64,000 bases of DNA from Macrostomum lignano (GCA_002269645.1 NIVC01000512.1:1-64000); one strand, 5' to 3'; counted from the first letter of the stretch, positions 45,689-58,410 are shown. Notes: generated by a model from the letters alone, not told the origin. A program made the numbers and translations.

Positions 45689-47511
45689 CTATTCTCGGTT
45701 TCCCTGACCCGAGAGGAATTGAGCCCAATCAGGTTCATGCGAGGGGGAGGGCGGGGACAGCGGCGCGGGATTTCCGGCAGTCAGGGCGTTAGCGACGTCT
45801 CCCTATGCTCAGATGCAATCCACTGGTTGATCTGAGTGGTGACAACGGCGGTGGGAGCAGGGGGGGGGGCACAGGCAGGGGACCAGAAAAAGACCCGGTC
45901 GAGCCGATTACCTTGGCCAGGCGATCGGCCAACTCAACAGGTGAGGAAAGGCGCGCATTTGGCTGACGCCGGCGTCGCGGATTTGGTCTGCGAGGTGGCC
46001 TGCTTTTGCGCCAAAGCCCCGTGACGCAGCTTCCGTTGTAAGACCTACTGACAGCGTATATTATTGCTTGCGGCTGTTCAGAAGACAACAATAGTCAATT
46101 TTTTAGTTCCTAAAAACTGACGCTTGCTTACTCGCTAAAGATTTTTTAGCGAAAAGCTTCATGCTGGGAATGAAGTCTAGACTCATCAAGAACCAATAGA
46201 ATTAACCGTTGCATCAGGCCATATAGTGTAACAAGCTCTGAGCAGTCGAGCACAGCGAGTCGAGAAATGAATAGCAAAAAGCGAGCGTGAAACGAAAATT
46301 ATTACCATTTTCCCGGTTTATTTTTGTCTCTGTTGTCACCAATGAGTTTGAAATTTTGGTGATCAGGGTTGTACCTTATAATCAGAATACATTTTACAAG
46401 CGGCCTTATTTTCAGAGGGATTGCCTCTGGATGGAAAGGTCATTTGGCGTAAATGCTAAAAATAGACCCAAGAGTGTTCGCTGTCCCAGTGCCTTACCCA
46501 CCCAGCTCCTTACCCACCCAGCGCCCACCCCCGCACGGCTGTCATTGCTATTTTTAGCTACTAGGTTGTACCCTCTGGGCTTGGCTTGGAAAATCCAAGC
46601 AGATTTCAAACTGCTGAGGGAATTCCTTGGCTGAACCGTCGATATAGGCGTCATCAGTATGTTCTCAGATAGGCAGTTAAAGCATGGGCGACGCCACGGT
46701 ACTACCGTGTGCCATAGAAATGAGCTTAGTAGTATTTAAAGCCTCGGCTACAAGGTGCTGCCCTGTTCTCAGCATGCGGCAAAAGCAGAATCTTCCAACA
46801 ACAAGGTAGCACTCTGATATCTTGTTCAATCAATAGCCGTCCTGGTTGAATGGATCAAGCTGGTGAGTCGTTGTTATCTTCAGTTGTTTATGAAGTACGT
46901 GGTCAGGAGCGCAAGGCTCATGATTGGATAGTTATTAACACTAGCTCATAAGATGATTGCGAGGCTTTAAAGCGGGTCCTTAGAGATAAAAGCCCGAGGT
47001 TCAAACTATAACTTCTGAAAAGTGTGTATTGTTTCTCCTTAAGGTCAGTTTAGGTCAGTTTAAGCTCCTTAATTGATACTTAAGAAGTTAGCAAACTGAT
47101 TTGGCAGGAATACTGTACAAGCGTAGTTCATCAGAAATGTTATTGTATTAGTCGGCTCAGTGTCGGACACTGAGCGAAGTCGAAAATATTGACGAAAAAA
47201 TTACCGAAAACGAACTAGCCGATGATTAGTTTTACGAGTACAACGCTTAGTTAATAACTGGACGCGCGTTAAGAACTGTTAACGCTGAAGAGTGCTGCTT
47301 GGAATTATCCATTTGATTGGCTGATGGTCGATTGTCGATGGTGTAGTTCTGTTTGAAGTTAAGTTAGAAATCCCCATTGACTGCAGCAGCATGCAGCCAC
47401 TTCAAATAAGCATCCTTAGTGATCTTGTACCCAGCTTTGGAGCGCACCATGTACGACCTATACAAATTGAACGCCAATCCTCCTAAGCTCCTTTCGTGTT
47501 TCTATTTTTAG

Positions 47512-48658
47512 ATCAGCGTAAAACCTTCACGCAGTTTAGTGACGTGACCCCTTTGTTTGACTCGACACCGTCCGGGGATGATGAATTTCAAAAGCTGATG
47601 AGCGAACTCTTTACTGAGCCGGGTGTCGAAGTGGAAATGATGGTACGATAAAACGACTCATTTGAATAGACGTTCATTATTCATATACCACTTTCTTGAC
47701 TTTCATCAACCAATTTTAAACTCGAACAAACAAATTTCAGAGTATTGAGGGCGATTATCCCCAGCTAGTAACTATGAAGCGCCAGGTAGCGCAGTCAGAC
47801 GCTCTGGGTGACGCATTGGCTTTTGTCGAAACGGAACCCGATCCGTCTACCTCTACTTCTCCGGAATGCCCTCCGGTAATCACAGAATCGGCAGCCGTTC
47901 AAATGACAGCCCAGCAGGAGGACTCGACAAAAGAAGAGTGCAAAAATTCCTGGCTAGAGAACCAGGAGCAACAACCATCGACAACGTCAACGACAGCTGA
48001 GACGTCTTCAGAACGTTTCCACGATGTTGAAGTTAAAGTGGAGTACATGAAAGAGTGCTTGGGTAAGTTTGGGCGTTACAAGTTCACTTCTGTCTGCAAC
48101 TCTGACCTAAATAATTGTAAAGCCCCTATTATTCACTCATGCGCACACTTGCATTTCAATTACAGCTCGCTATGACAAAGAAGTCAAGGAAAATTCTTCT
48201 AATGGAAAGCTTCAGGTGCATCAGGTAGTCCTCTTTATATTGCTATCAACAGAGCATCACAGTGAGATGAGGTACCACCTTGACAACATTCTGGTATTCT
48301 GCGACAAAAACGGGAAGCCAAGCAACAGAAGAACGAATCATTTCCTGGCTAAAGACACGAAAACAATGGGTACTGTGTGGCAGATTGTGAAGGAAAATAG
48401 GAGAAGCACGTATGACACGTTTGCTCGTGCGATGAGGTGCGTATTACAGTGAATTACCAGATTGTTCCTGCCACTTAAGTCTCTCGTGTTCGCATAAGCC
48501 TACTTTCTTCGCATTGCAGAGTTGGTCGCGAGAAACACAAGGACTATTTTGAGTACCTGGACACCGGTAAAGGATCAAAAAAACGAGTTTATAAGCTCGG
48601 TTCCAAGGGTCTGGCAGATATGAAGAAAATGGAAAGCATGCTGCCCAAAATCTGCTGA
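47512..48658 (+). CDS. Divergent ETS-domain transcription factor, 5' end unresolved
   Basis: Exons 47512-47642, 47741-48062, 48166-48436, 48520-48658 (GT-AG, phases consistent). C-terminal GKLQVHQVVLFILL...HFLAKDTKTMGTVWQIVKENRRSTYDTFARAMR...KKRVYKLG aligns by eye with the ETS consensus (LwqFLleLL...Fk..D...va.lWg..K....mtYdklsRAmRyyy...rlvYkF). Phase-2 intron in the second Arg of RAMR, a position I recall in other ETS genes. Confidence 0.65.
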
Positions 48659-49497
48659 ACTTAAATTACACCACCCTGCTTGATTTCGATCTTTTGATGT
48701 GCACTTTTGGTGATGGAACTAAAATGTCCTAAACTTGAAGGAAATACGAAAAAGGTATAAAAAATTACATATTTTTTTACATTTTGCATCCCTTTTTTGT
48801 TTTATCTGTTTTATTGTTATCGGCGTGTGTAACCCGAGTACGAGCGTGTATTCCAGCTCCTTGTCTCTGTCCTATGCATTATGAGTTAAACTGCGTCTAT
48901 GCATGAAAATTGATTATTTTAATGTAGATTTCTATCACTCAGTTACAATTCACGCATACTACTCGTACTTGTGCATAGCACAGATCATCTCGTTGGTTTT
49001 TACAGAAATGTTTGGTACAATTTCCCCTTTGCTGAAAATATTTTATAAACTTTCTAAGTATGTAAAAATTATATTGAAAAAGCGCCACTTTCGAACAAAT
49101 TTATCTTTAATTAAGTCATAACAAAGACTAGCACGTATCTAAAATCCATTTATAGTATAATTTTTTAAAATAATCTGTCAACTTGATCTACTGATGTGCG
49201 AAAATTCCTGTATGTACGCCGTGCCAGCTGCAAAGCAATCAGTATGGCAATTCTTCGGCAATAGGTCAACGCTACATAGCTACCAATAGCTACAATAGCT
49301 TTTGTAAATGTACAATAAAGCTCTATCTTTTGTTGCTAATAAGTAAAGATTATAATATTTCAATGGCAAATAAGGTAAGGTATATTTTATAATTAAGTCC
49401 TTATTAGACTGCATAGAAGCTTAGGCACACAATAACACAAAAGGAATACATACACAATATCAGATGCGTGTTGCATATGCGTGTACAAAGGCGGGAG

Positions 49498-49720
49498 TCA
49501 CCGACAAAGTGCTCCACTTCTCAACACCGGAGACACAGAAAGGGCATTTCTCACTGCGGATTTCTCCTGAGGATGACAATGCCTGGCAAAACAGCCATGC
49601 TCTGAGAGGGCCATAGTCACCGCCCTGATGTCCCCTGCGGTGAGTCCGAGCAAGGCCCCGCGGAGGGCGCCGGCAGCCGGGGACCTTAAACCAAGAAAAT
49701 GCAGTCTGAGGTCACGAAGT
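49498..49720 (-). mobile_element. Fragment of a non-LTR retrotransposon ORF2 C-terminus (I/LOA/R1-like)
   Basis: LLGLTAGDIRAVTMALSEHGCFARH...EKSAVRNALSVSPVL resembles the post-RNase H LL.L.R..LR.L...LTGH..L..H...ET..H.L..CP.L region of I-group LINEs; degenerate. Confidence 0.45.
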
Positions 49721-51061
49721 CTTTGGGCACCACTTGATTTATTTAAATAGCGCTTAAGGTACATGTACGCTAGATGATAATTCGTTTCGCTAAAAGTTTT
49801 TTTGGGTGTTAATTTCACGTAGAGCTAAAATAATCAAGCGCACTGGCTATAGTCGGCAAGGGAGCTGGTCGGGATTTGAGTAATTCGGGCTTACAGTTGG
49901 GAACCACCGGTATTGGAATTTAAGATCCGGGTGCTGAGAGTTGGCATTCCCACCAGTCTGGGTTATGAGTATTCCACTCTATACTCTGGCCATGGGCGAA
50001 TTCCACACGAGTGTGGCAAGGGCTTGACGAGCACAGACTCTTTTATAGACTCTCATGAGACAGCGGGTGGGAGAGGATTGAGTTACACCCCCGGTGGAAA
50101 AGGTTAGCTAAGCTAGTACAACGGGTGGTAACTATAACCTCATTTAAATAAATAAAAAGTAAAATAAAAAAGGCGGGGCCAGCCTGCGTTTACATTAAGT
50201 GGAACATTACTTTTCATACAGGAAAAGAATGACGCATTTACACTGTACACTACGCAGAAAACGGTTTCATTCGGGTGTACATGTACGTACGTAGGCCTGA
50301 CCTACCACACTGTACGTGTTGCGCTTCAATCTCGCTGCTCCTTTCTTCAAATCTTGTATCTGTGACTATTTCGTCGGGGCGGTAGCATCTTATCGGTACT
50401 TGCTAAATATATTCGGCACATTTATTTACCTGTCGCCGTCAGTACCGAACTCGGACAAAAGGTCCTGTCACAGCTAGCATTATCATTCCGTCAGGTTGAT
50501 GAGTATTTGCGGAATTGAATTTACTGCATTTATCTCAATAAAAACATTTACGGATTAACTTTAATGTTTGTATCCTAGAGTAGATTAAATACACGTCTAA
50601 AAATCACTTCAGAACTAATAATTAACGCAATTAACGGACTCTTTATCAACTATTTAAGTACAACTTTAATAATAAAAATCATATCTACTTCACCAAATAA
50701 TGTCAGGCTATCCGAATGGTATCTATTCTTATTCCTTACGACACAGTTATCTAGGTAATTTTTTTCAATTTGTTTGTCTGCTCATTCAAACTCGAAAACT
50801 AATTGAAAAGTTAGCATTTCTATGAAAGCAGTTCAATCCTGGCAACTGGCATCATCATTTTCGTTTCTTGATTGAGACTAATGCCATTTTCATTCATTTT
50901 TTATCTCCGTATCCAGCCGAAAATGGTATTACTGATGTTGTCTATTGTTCTTGTTCTGAACTGTTCTCTACAGCAAAAAGACAAAAAATAAATATTTAAA
51001 ACATTCTTAAAAGTCACAGCTAACTCGTACTGCTTTATAGTTCTTTCTTGAACATATTAAT

Positions 51062-51255
51062 GGGCCGTATGCAGAAAGCTCTGTCTAGGGTAGTCTGGTC
51101 TTGAAAAGCTAGTCTGGACTTGGATTTGGTATGCAGAAACACAAAGTTAGACCAGTCTACTATAGACAGAACAAAGGTAGCTAGACCATAGACTATAGAC
51201 TGAACTACCCAAGTCCGGACTAGCTAGTCTGGACTAGGCTTTCTGCATACGGCCC
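51062..51255. mobile_element. PIF/Harbinger (Tourist-like) MITE, 194 bp
   Basis: Perfect 18-bp TIR GGGCCGTATGCAGAAAGC (51062-51079) / GCTTTCTGCATACGGCCC (51238-51255), with AAT on both sides (51059-51061, 51256-51258) as a 3-bp TSD; no coding capacity. Confidence 0.85.
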
Positions 51256-51788
51256 AATGTCTGCTGATTAGTTTAAAAAATACTAGCTATATACTGGAAA
51301 AGATAATAATTTTCTTTGAATTTCTATTTTTAGAGCCTAAAACTGTAATTAGAATGGTTACAATAATATTATTAATATTAACAATGAAAAGGGTGTTGAA
51401 AAATCTCAGATGCGGTGATACTTACCCAAGGAAAAAATATAGATTTATATAATACTTATAAATGTACTCTATATCCAATTATTATTGACAAGGATAGAAA
51501 AATTTATAGTAAAATTCTTTAGGATAAATTAATGAGACTATTAATAATTATTTAATTGTTTTAACTATTTAAACAGTGAAAAATAATTGTCCCTGCTTTT
51601 TTAGTTGTCTTTTTATAAAGAACACTTTTTTAATTTTTATAAATAAAACATTCATTTAAAAACAGACATCTAAAATTAATATCATATTAAATATTTCCTT
51701 TTTTATAGTTTTTAGGAATTTTTTTATTTTCATTTTAAGATTTATTGACTCCATTTGTATATCCCACAGCAACTAGACCAACTCTGCA

Positions 51789-54700
51789 ATGTTTTCATTT
51801 TTGCATAAAAATGATTCTAAGGAAGCAGATACATTTACTACTGTAGCCAATGGTCTGAAAAGGATTTATAAGACAAAGCTATTGCCATTGGAAGAGGTTT
51901 ACAAATTTCATGACTTTCATTCGCCAGCTCTGGAAGATGCTGATTTTCATAGGTAAGTTATTTTCATTAAAAACTACCATAGTACTTTTATTGGTCAAAG
52001 CACTTTTAATTCTAATTGATTTGAGTAGTTGTAACTAGGACACAATCAATTATTTTGATTGCAAATATCACCTTTGTAATAGTTTGGCTCAAAAAATACT
52101 TGCTTATTTAGTTATTTATCTAGTTGCTTGTGTTTTAGATAGATATATAAATTTTACAAAAATGCTAAGAACAAGTAGCTATGGGCTTTAAGATTATTGA
52201 CCAAATTTTGGTGTCAAATTGGTATATAGGTAGATGAATTTTAGGGAAAGTATAGCAGTTCAAATGTTATAGGGGTTCCAGGATCTTAGAAGAGTGCCAG
52301 GATCACTAGATAGGGTTCCAGGATCACTAGATAGGTTTCTAGGGCAGTCGTTCAAGGTCACTAGAAGATAAGAAATATATTTGCGACAAGGCCATAGCCC
52401 AAAAAATCCACCCATCACTTGGAACTTTTTCATCCACCCAGCAAGCCCATAATCCTGCTAGTGGGCCAGTACTCCACTGGCAAGACTACATTCATTCGCT
52501 ACCTGCTGGAGAGCGACTTTCCCGGCATTCACATTGGCCCTGAGCCAACTACCGACAAATTCATTGCTGTCATGCACGACGAAACTGAAGGTGTTGTGCC
52601 GGGTGAGTCAGACAGATAGAGGAGATAGTACTTTCCAATCGATAACAAAGCATCCGACTTATTTTATCTGCAAACTTTTGTTTCCAAGGCAACGCATTGG
52701 TGGTGGACCCGCAGCATCCCTTCCGTCCACTGAGCCGGTTTGGCAACGCCTTTCTGAACCGGTTCCAGTGCTCAACTGTGCGCAACGAAGTGCTCAAGTC
52801 CATCACTATCGTTGACACGCCCGGCATCCTGTCTGGTGAGTCTTCCATGGTCAACTTTGATCGCGTCTTTAGGGACATCTTTTCCAAAAAATCTTGCTTC
52901 CACTGAACATCTGGCTAACTTTGAGTGCAGTGCTCATCTGTCTCCTGCTGCTTTTCACCCGTTTGCGTCTCTCCGTCTCCCGCTTTACCCTCCATCTACC
53001 GCTTTACCCTCCGTCTCCCGCTTTACCCTCCATCTATTGCTTTACCCTCCATCTACCGCTTTACCCTCCATCTACCGCTTTACCCTCTGTCTCTCGCTTT
53101 ACCCTCCATCTACCGCTTTACCCTCCGTCTACCCTCCTTTCCCGCTGTTTTCCTACCCAGCCAGTTCTCATTTAGCCTGACCCGTTCCGTTTCACCCCTG
53201 AGCATCATCATCGCCACATCCTAGCCTCCTCCCGCCTTCCCCAGGCGAGAAGCAGCGCGTGGACCGCGGCTACTCCATGAACGAAGTGATCGAATGGTTC
53301 TCGGCCAGAGTGGACCGGATCGTCCTGCTGTTCGACGCGCACAAGCTGGACATCTCTGACGAATTCAAGGCGGTCATCGAGAGCATGAAAGGCTATGAAG
53401 ACAAAATTCGTATAGTGCTCAACAAGTCCGATATGGTGGACTCGCAGCAGCTCATGCGGGTGTACGGGGCGCTCATGTGGAGTCTGGGTGAGTCGGCAGC
53501 CATTTATCAAGTTTTAAGGGTTGTGGAATTTCGGGTTGTGGAGTCACAGGGTTGTGGAATTTCGGGTTGTGGAGTCTCATGGTTGTGGAGTCCCAGGGTT
53601 GTGGAGTCTCAGGGTTTTGGAGACTCAGGGTTTTGGAGTCTCGGGGTTGTGGAGTCTCAGGATTGTGGAGTCTCAGGGTTGTGGAGTCTCCGGGTTGTGG
53701 AGTCTCATGGTTGTGGAGTCTCATGGTTGTGGAGTCTCCGGGTTGTGGAGTCTCAGGATTGTGGAGTCTCAGGGTTGTGGAGTCTCAGGGTTGTGGAGTC
53801 TCAGGTTTTTGGGGTCTCAGGGTTTTGGGGTCTCAGGGTTTTGGAGTCTCAGGGTTTTGGAGTCTCAGGTTTGTGGAGTCTCATAGTTGTGAAGTCTCCG
53901 GGTTGTGGAGTCTCGGGGTTGTGAAATCTCCTGGTTCTGGAGTCTCAGGGTTTTGGAGTCTCGGGGTTGTGGAGTCTCATGGTTGTGGAGTCTCCGGGTT
54001 GTGGAGTCTCAGGATTGTGGAGTCTCAGGATTGTGGAGTCTCAGGGTTGTGGAGTCTCAGGGTTGTGGAGTCTCAGGATTGTGGAGTCTCAGGGTTGTGG
54101 AGTCTCCGGGTTGTGGAGTCTCAGGATTGTGGAGTCTCAGGGTTGTGGAGTCTCAGGATTGTGGAGTCTCAGGGTTGTGGAGTCTCAGGATTGTGGAGTC
54201 TCAGGGTTGTGGAGTCTCCGGGTTGTGAAGTCTCAGGATTGTGGAGTCTCAGGGTTGTGGAGTCTCCGGGTTGTGAAGTCTCAGGATTGTGGAGTCTCAG
54301 GGTTGTGGAGTCTCGGGGTTGTGAAATCTCCTGGTTCTGGAGTCTCAGGGTTTTGGAGTCTCGGGGTTGTGGAGTCTCATGGTTGTGGAGTCTCCGGGTT
54401 GTGGAGTCTCAGGATTGTGGAGTCTCAGGATTGTGGAGTCTCAGGGTTGTGGAGTCTCCGGGTTGTGGAGTCTCAGGATTGTGGAGTCTCAGGGTTGTGG
54501 AGTCTCAGGATTGTGGAGTCTCAGGGTTGTGGAGTCTCAGGATTGTGGAGTCTCAGGGTTGTGAAGTCTCCGGGTTGTGAAGTCTCAGGATTGTGGAGTC
54601 TCAGGGTTGTGGAGTCTCCGGGTTGTGGAGTTTCGGGGCTGTGGAGTCTCCGGGTTGAGAAGTTCGGCAAAGGCTGGAGTTCCGGTACCGGTATAGACAT

Positions 54701-57700
54701 TTAATCTGCACTTAAATATTCAATTGCATTCGAGTAGACTAAATTTGCGACAGCCGTGGACATGGACAGTGCGCGATTGATACGAGCGTAAATGACAAAA
54801 ATAGACTTATATATAGTACTTATACTTATTTGCTTATATATATTTATATACATACTTACTATCCATAGCTGCATACTATATATGCAGTCAAGGCTGTGCA
54901 GCCTGATAAAATATTTACAGGAAACGGGTCCCGGGCCGGAACTCAGGCTTTCTACTCGGGATTGTGAGTTTTCGTGATTGTGAAGTTTCAGGATTGTGAG
55001 TTTTCGTGATTGTGAACTTTCAGGATTGTGATTTTTCGTGATTGTGAAGTTTCAGGATTGTGAGTTTTCGTGATTGTGAACTTTCAGGATTGTGAGTTTT
55101 CGTGATTGTGAACTTTCAGGATTGTGAGTTTTCGTGATTGTGAACTTTCAGGATTGTGAGTTTTCGTGATTGTGAACTTTCAGGATTGTGAGTTTTCGTG
55201 ATTGTGAAGTCTCAGGATTGTGAGTTTTCGTGATTGTGAAGTCTCAGGATTGTGATTTTTCGTGATTGTGAAGCTTCGGGATTGTGAATCTTTGAGATTG
55301 TGAAGTTTCAAGATTGTGACACTTGAGGATTGTGAATTTTCGTGATTGTGAATCTTTGGGATAGTGGAATTAGAGATTGTGAAGTTTGAGGCTAAGTTTT
55401 GTGATCGTGAATCTTAGGGACTGTAAATCTTTGTGATTGTGAAGTTTGGGATTGTGAATTTTTGTGATTGTGAATTTTCAGATTGTGAAGTTTGGGGTTG
55501 TGAATATTCGGGATTGTGAAGCTTCAGGATGTGAAGTTTCGGGATTGTGAATTCTCGTGGTTGTGAAGCTTCAGGATTGTGAATTTTCGGGACTGTGAAG
55601 CTTCGGGATTGTTAAATTTCGGAATTGTGAAATTTCGGGATAGTAAAATTTCATGACTTTTAAGTTTCGGTTTGTAATTAATTCAATTTTTCACATAGCC
55701 CGGAAATGTCCCAAAATGCCCAGCTGTTTTATGTACTTTTCCCCAACCACCACAGGCAAGGTGCTGTACACCCCGGAGGTGGCCCGAGTGTACATCGGCA
55801 GTTTCTGGAACGAGCCACTGAAGTTCGACACCAACAAGCGCCTGTTCGAGCTGGAATCGCAAGACCTGTTCCGCGACCTGCAGTCGCTGCCCCGCAACGC
55901 CACGCTGCGCAAGCTGAACGACCTGATCAAGCGGGCCCGCCTGGCCAAGACCCACGCCTACATCATTGCCGCCCTGCACAAGCAGATGCCGTCCATGTTT
56001 GGCAAGGACAGCAAGAAGAAGCAGCTGATTAAAGATTTGCCACAGGTGTACGCCACGGTTGCTAGGGAGCACAATATCAGCCAGGGAGATTTGCCCAATC
56101 TGCAGCGGATGCAGCAGGCCTTGGAGGAGGCCGACTTTACTAAATTCCAACCGCTCAGAGAGCGGCTGGTCGCTACGGTTGACGGCATGCTGAGCGAGGA
56201 TATTGCCAAGCTGATGCAGATGATTCCGCAGGTGAGAGGGGGCGGATGAGGGCTTCAGGTGCTGAAGAGGGGGCGGATGAAGCCTTCTTCAGGTGCTGAA
56301 GATGGGGCGGATGAGGGCTTCAGGTGCTGAAGAGGGGGCGGATGAAGCCTTCTTCAGGTGCTGAAGAGGGGGCGGATGAGGGCTTCAGGAGCCGAAGAGG
56401 GGGCGAATGAGGCCTTCTTCAGGTGCTGAAGAGAGGGCGATGAGAGCTTCAGGTGCTGAAGAGGGGCGGATAAGAGCTTCAGGTGCTGAAGAGGGGGCGG
56501 ATAATAGCTTCAGGTGCTGAAGAGGGGCGGATAATAGCTTCAGGTGCTGAAGAGGGGCGGATAATAGCTTCAGGTGCTGAAGAGGGGCGAATAATAGCTT
56601 CAGGTGCTGAAGAGTGGGCGGATAAGAGCTTCAGGTGCTGAAGAGGGGCTGATGACTGCTTCAGGTGCTGAAGAGGGGGCGATGAGAGCTTCAGGTGCTG
56701 AAGAGGGGCTGATGACTGCTTCAGGTGCTGAAGAGGGGGCGGATGAGGACTTCAGGTGCTAAATAGAGGCGGATGAGGGCTTCAGGTGCTGAAGAGGGGG
56801 CGGATGAGGACTTCAGGTGCTAAATAGAGGCGGGTGAGGGCTTCAGGTGCTGAAGAGGGGGCGGATGAGGACTTCAGGTGCTAAATAGAGGCGGATGAGG
56901 GCTTCAGGTGCTGAAGAGGGGGCGATGAGAGCTTCAGGTATTGAAATATGGAGCATGGGAGAACAGTATCCTAAGTTTTCAGACGGCAGGTAAGCCTGAC
57001 GGAGGATTGGTGGGAGGGTGTGAAAGCTGGCAATATAGAATTTCTTCAATCTAATTTGAATACTGTGAATTTGCATTCCTATCCTATGCGGCAAACAGCG
57101 ACATCTCAAATGACAAATTCAAAGCAAAAATAAGGGCAGAATTTCAAGGTTTTATTCTGAGCTGTGTGGGTCTAGCAGTTAAAGTAAGGTATGCTATGCT
57201 GCTATCATGGACCTTTATCTCAGTGCGCACTGCAAACTGTTGCTGGGCAAAGTGCTACACTTTTCATATCATACATACTGTGCAATTTGAATATCTACTA
57301 TCATCAATAGGCTGTTTGTAAAAGCTTTCTTGTACATCATGTAGGTAATACATGTTTTTTTTAATTTGACGAACGTTTCCACTGAAAATGCTGCGCTTAC
57401 TTCGGTGCACACTTAATTGTACCATAATGCGCTTGTTTCAGGGGGTAACCATAGTTGCTCTTTTTCTGCGCAATAGATTTCCGTTTCTGTGCCAATTGAA
57501 ATATGTTATATCTTCGCAGATTTGTGATTTGCTTCAAATTTTGTCTTTAAATGACCCAGTAAAATTTTTTTTAAATTATTTTTTAAAATAGTTGTAAAAT
57601 GCTATCGACAGTAGTTTGGTCAGTAGTATCATCACAACCAAATGTATATTTTATAAATGATCAAAATTTAGGAGTCGACCAATCAGAGCAAGGACTGGGG

Positions 57701-58082
57701 CGTCATCGCCGGCGGCGCCTTCGTCCAGGCCACGGCCGACAACCCTTTCGCCTTCAGTGACAACCCCGGCCTGTCGGACGGCAAGTTCGAGCACGAATGG
57801 GTTGTTAATAAATTCCGCGCCGAGTTCGATGCCCAGTTTTACAGCCTCGGCCCGGTGGACGGCCGGCTGACCGGAGCGCAGGCCAAGGACGAGATGACCC
57901 GGTCCAAGCTGCCGTTCCAGCAGCTGGGCAAGATCTGGAAGCTGGCCGATTATGACCAGGACGGCATGCTGAACATTGAGGAGTTCGCGCTGGCCAAGTA
58001 TCTCATCCAGCTGCGGCTGGACGGCCACGAGCTGCCCGGCACCCTGCCTGAACACCTGGTGCCCCCAGGCAGCCGGCACTGA
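51789..58082 (+). CDS. EHD: EH domain-containing protein (EHD1/3, RME-1/Past1 ortholog), 6 exons, 533 aa
   Basis: Exons 51789-51952, 52442-52602, 52689-52835, 53245-53487, 55756-56231, 57672-58082; total 1602 nt, in frame. P-loop GQYSTGKT, GPEPTTD, DTPGILSGEKQR, LFDAHKLDISDEF, LNKSD, TPEVARVYIGSFW and a C-terminal EH domain (LGKIWKLADYDQDGMLNIEEFALA). Confidence 0.97.
52959..53135. repeat. 19-bp repeat CCGCTTTACCCTCCATCTA
   Basis: EHD intron 3. Confidence 0.93.
53515..54660. repeat. 16-bp minisatellite GGGTTGTGGAGTCTCA
   Basis: EHD intron 4; starts about 28 bp after the donor. Confidence 0.97.
54958..55630. repeat. 16/32-bp minisatellite GGATTGTGAGTTTTCGTGATTGTGAAGTTTCA
   Basis: EHD intron 4; related to the 53515-54660 array. 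Confidence 0.95.
56232..56938. repeat. About 29-34-bp minisatellite CTTCAGGTGCTGAAGAGGGGGCGGATGAGGG
   Basis: Begins at the EHD exon 5 donor. Confidence 0.96.
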
Positions 58083-58204
58083 TCGACCAATATGTGTCGA
58101 AAAAATAACTTCTCAATTTGTATTTTAATCTGTTGTAGTTTTTTATTTATCGAAAATCAGTGACGCCGAACTTTACAGAATTTGGTTATTAGTTTAGTAG
58201 TTGG

Positions 58205-58410
58205 TTTTTGTTATTGCCGATATGTTGCGAATTAAATAATCTAGATTGGAAAATTTAAATTTGATCATTAATTTAGTTTATATTTGTTATTGCCGATATG
58301 TTGCGAAGTTAATAATCTAGATTGGAAAATTTGAATTTGACCAATAATTTAGTTTATATTTGTTATCGGCGATATGTTGCGAAATTAATCATCTAGATCG
58401 GAAAATTTGC
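58205..58410. repeat. 76-bp tandem repeat, about 2.7 copies, just downstream of the EHD stop
   Basis: The GCCGATATGTTGCGAA motif recurs at 58216, 58292 and 58368. Confidence 0.9.

Noticed and set aside
53488-54704. Read-through ORFs 53259-53924 and 53552-54704
   Set aside because: EHD exon 4 ends at the GTGAGT donor at 53488 and the rest is minisatellite.
55683-58079. Minus-strand ORFs overlapping EHD exons (55683-56150, 57651-58079), and similar antisense ORFs over other GC-rich exons
   Set aside because: Shadow ORFs expected from GC3-rich coding sequence; no independent motifs.
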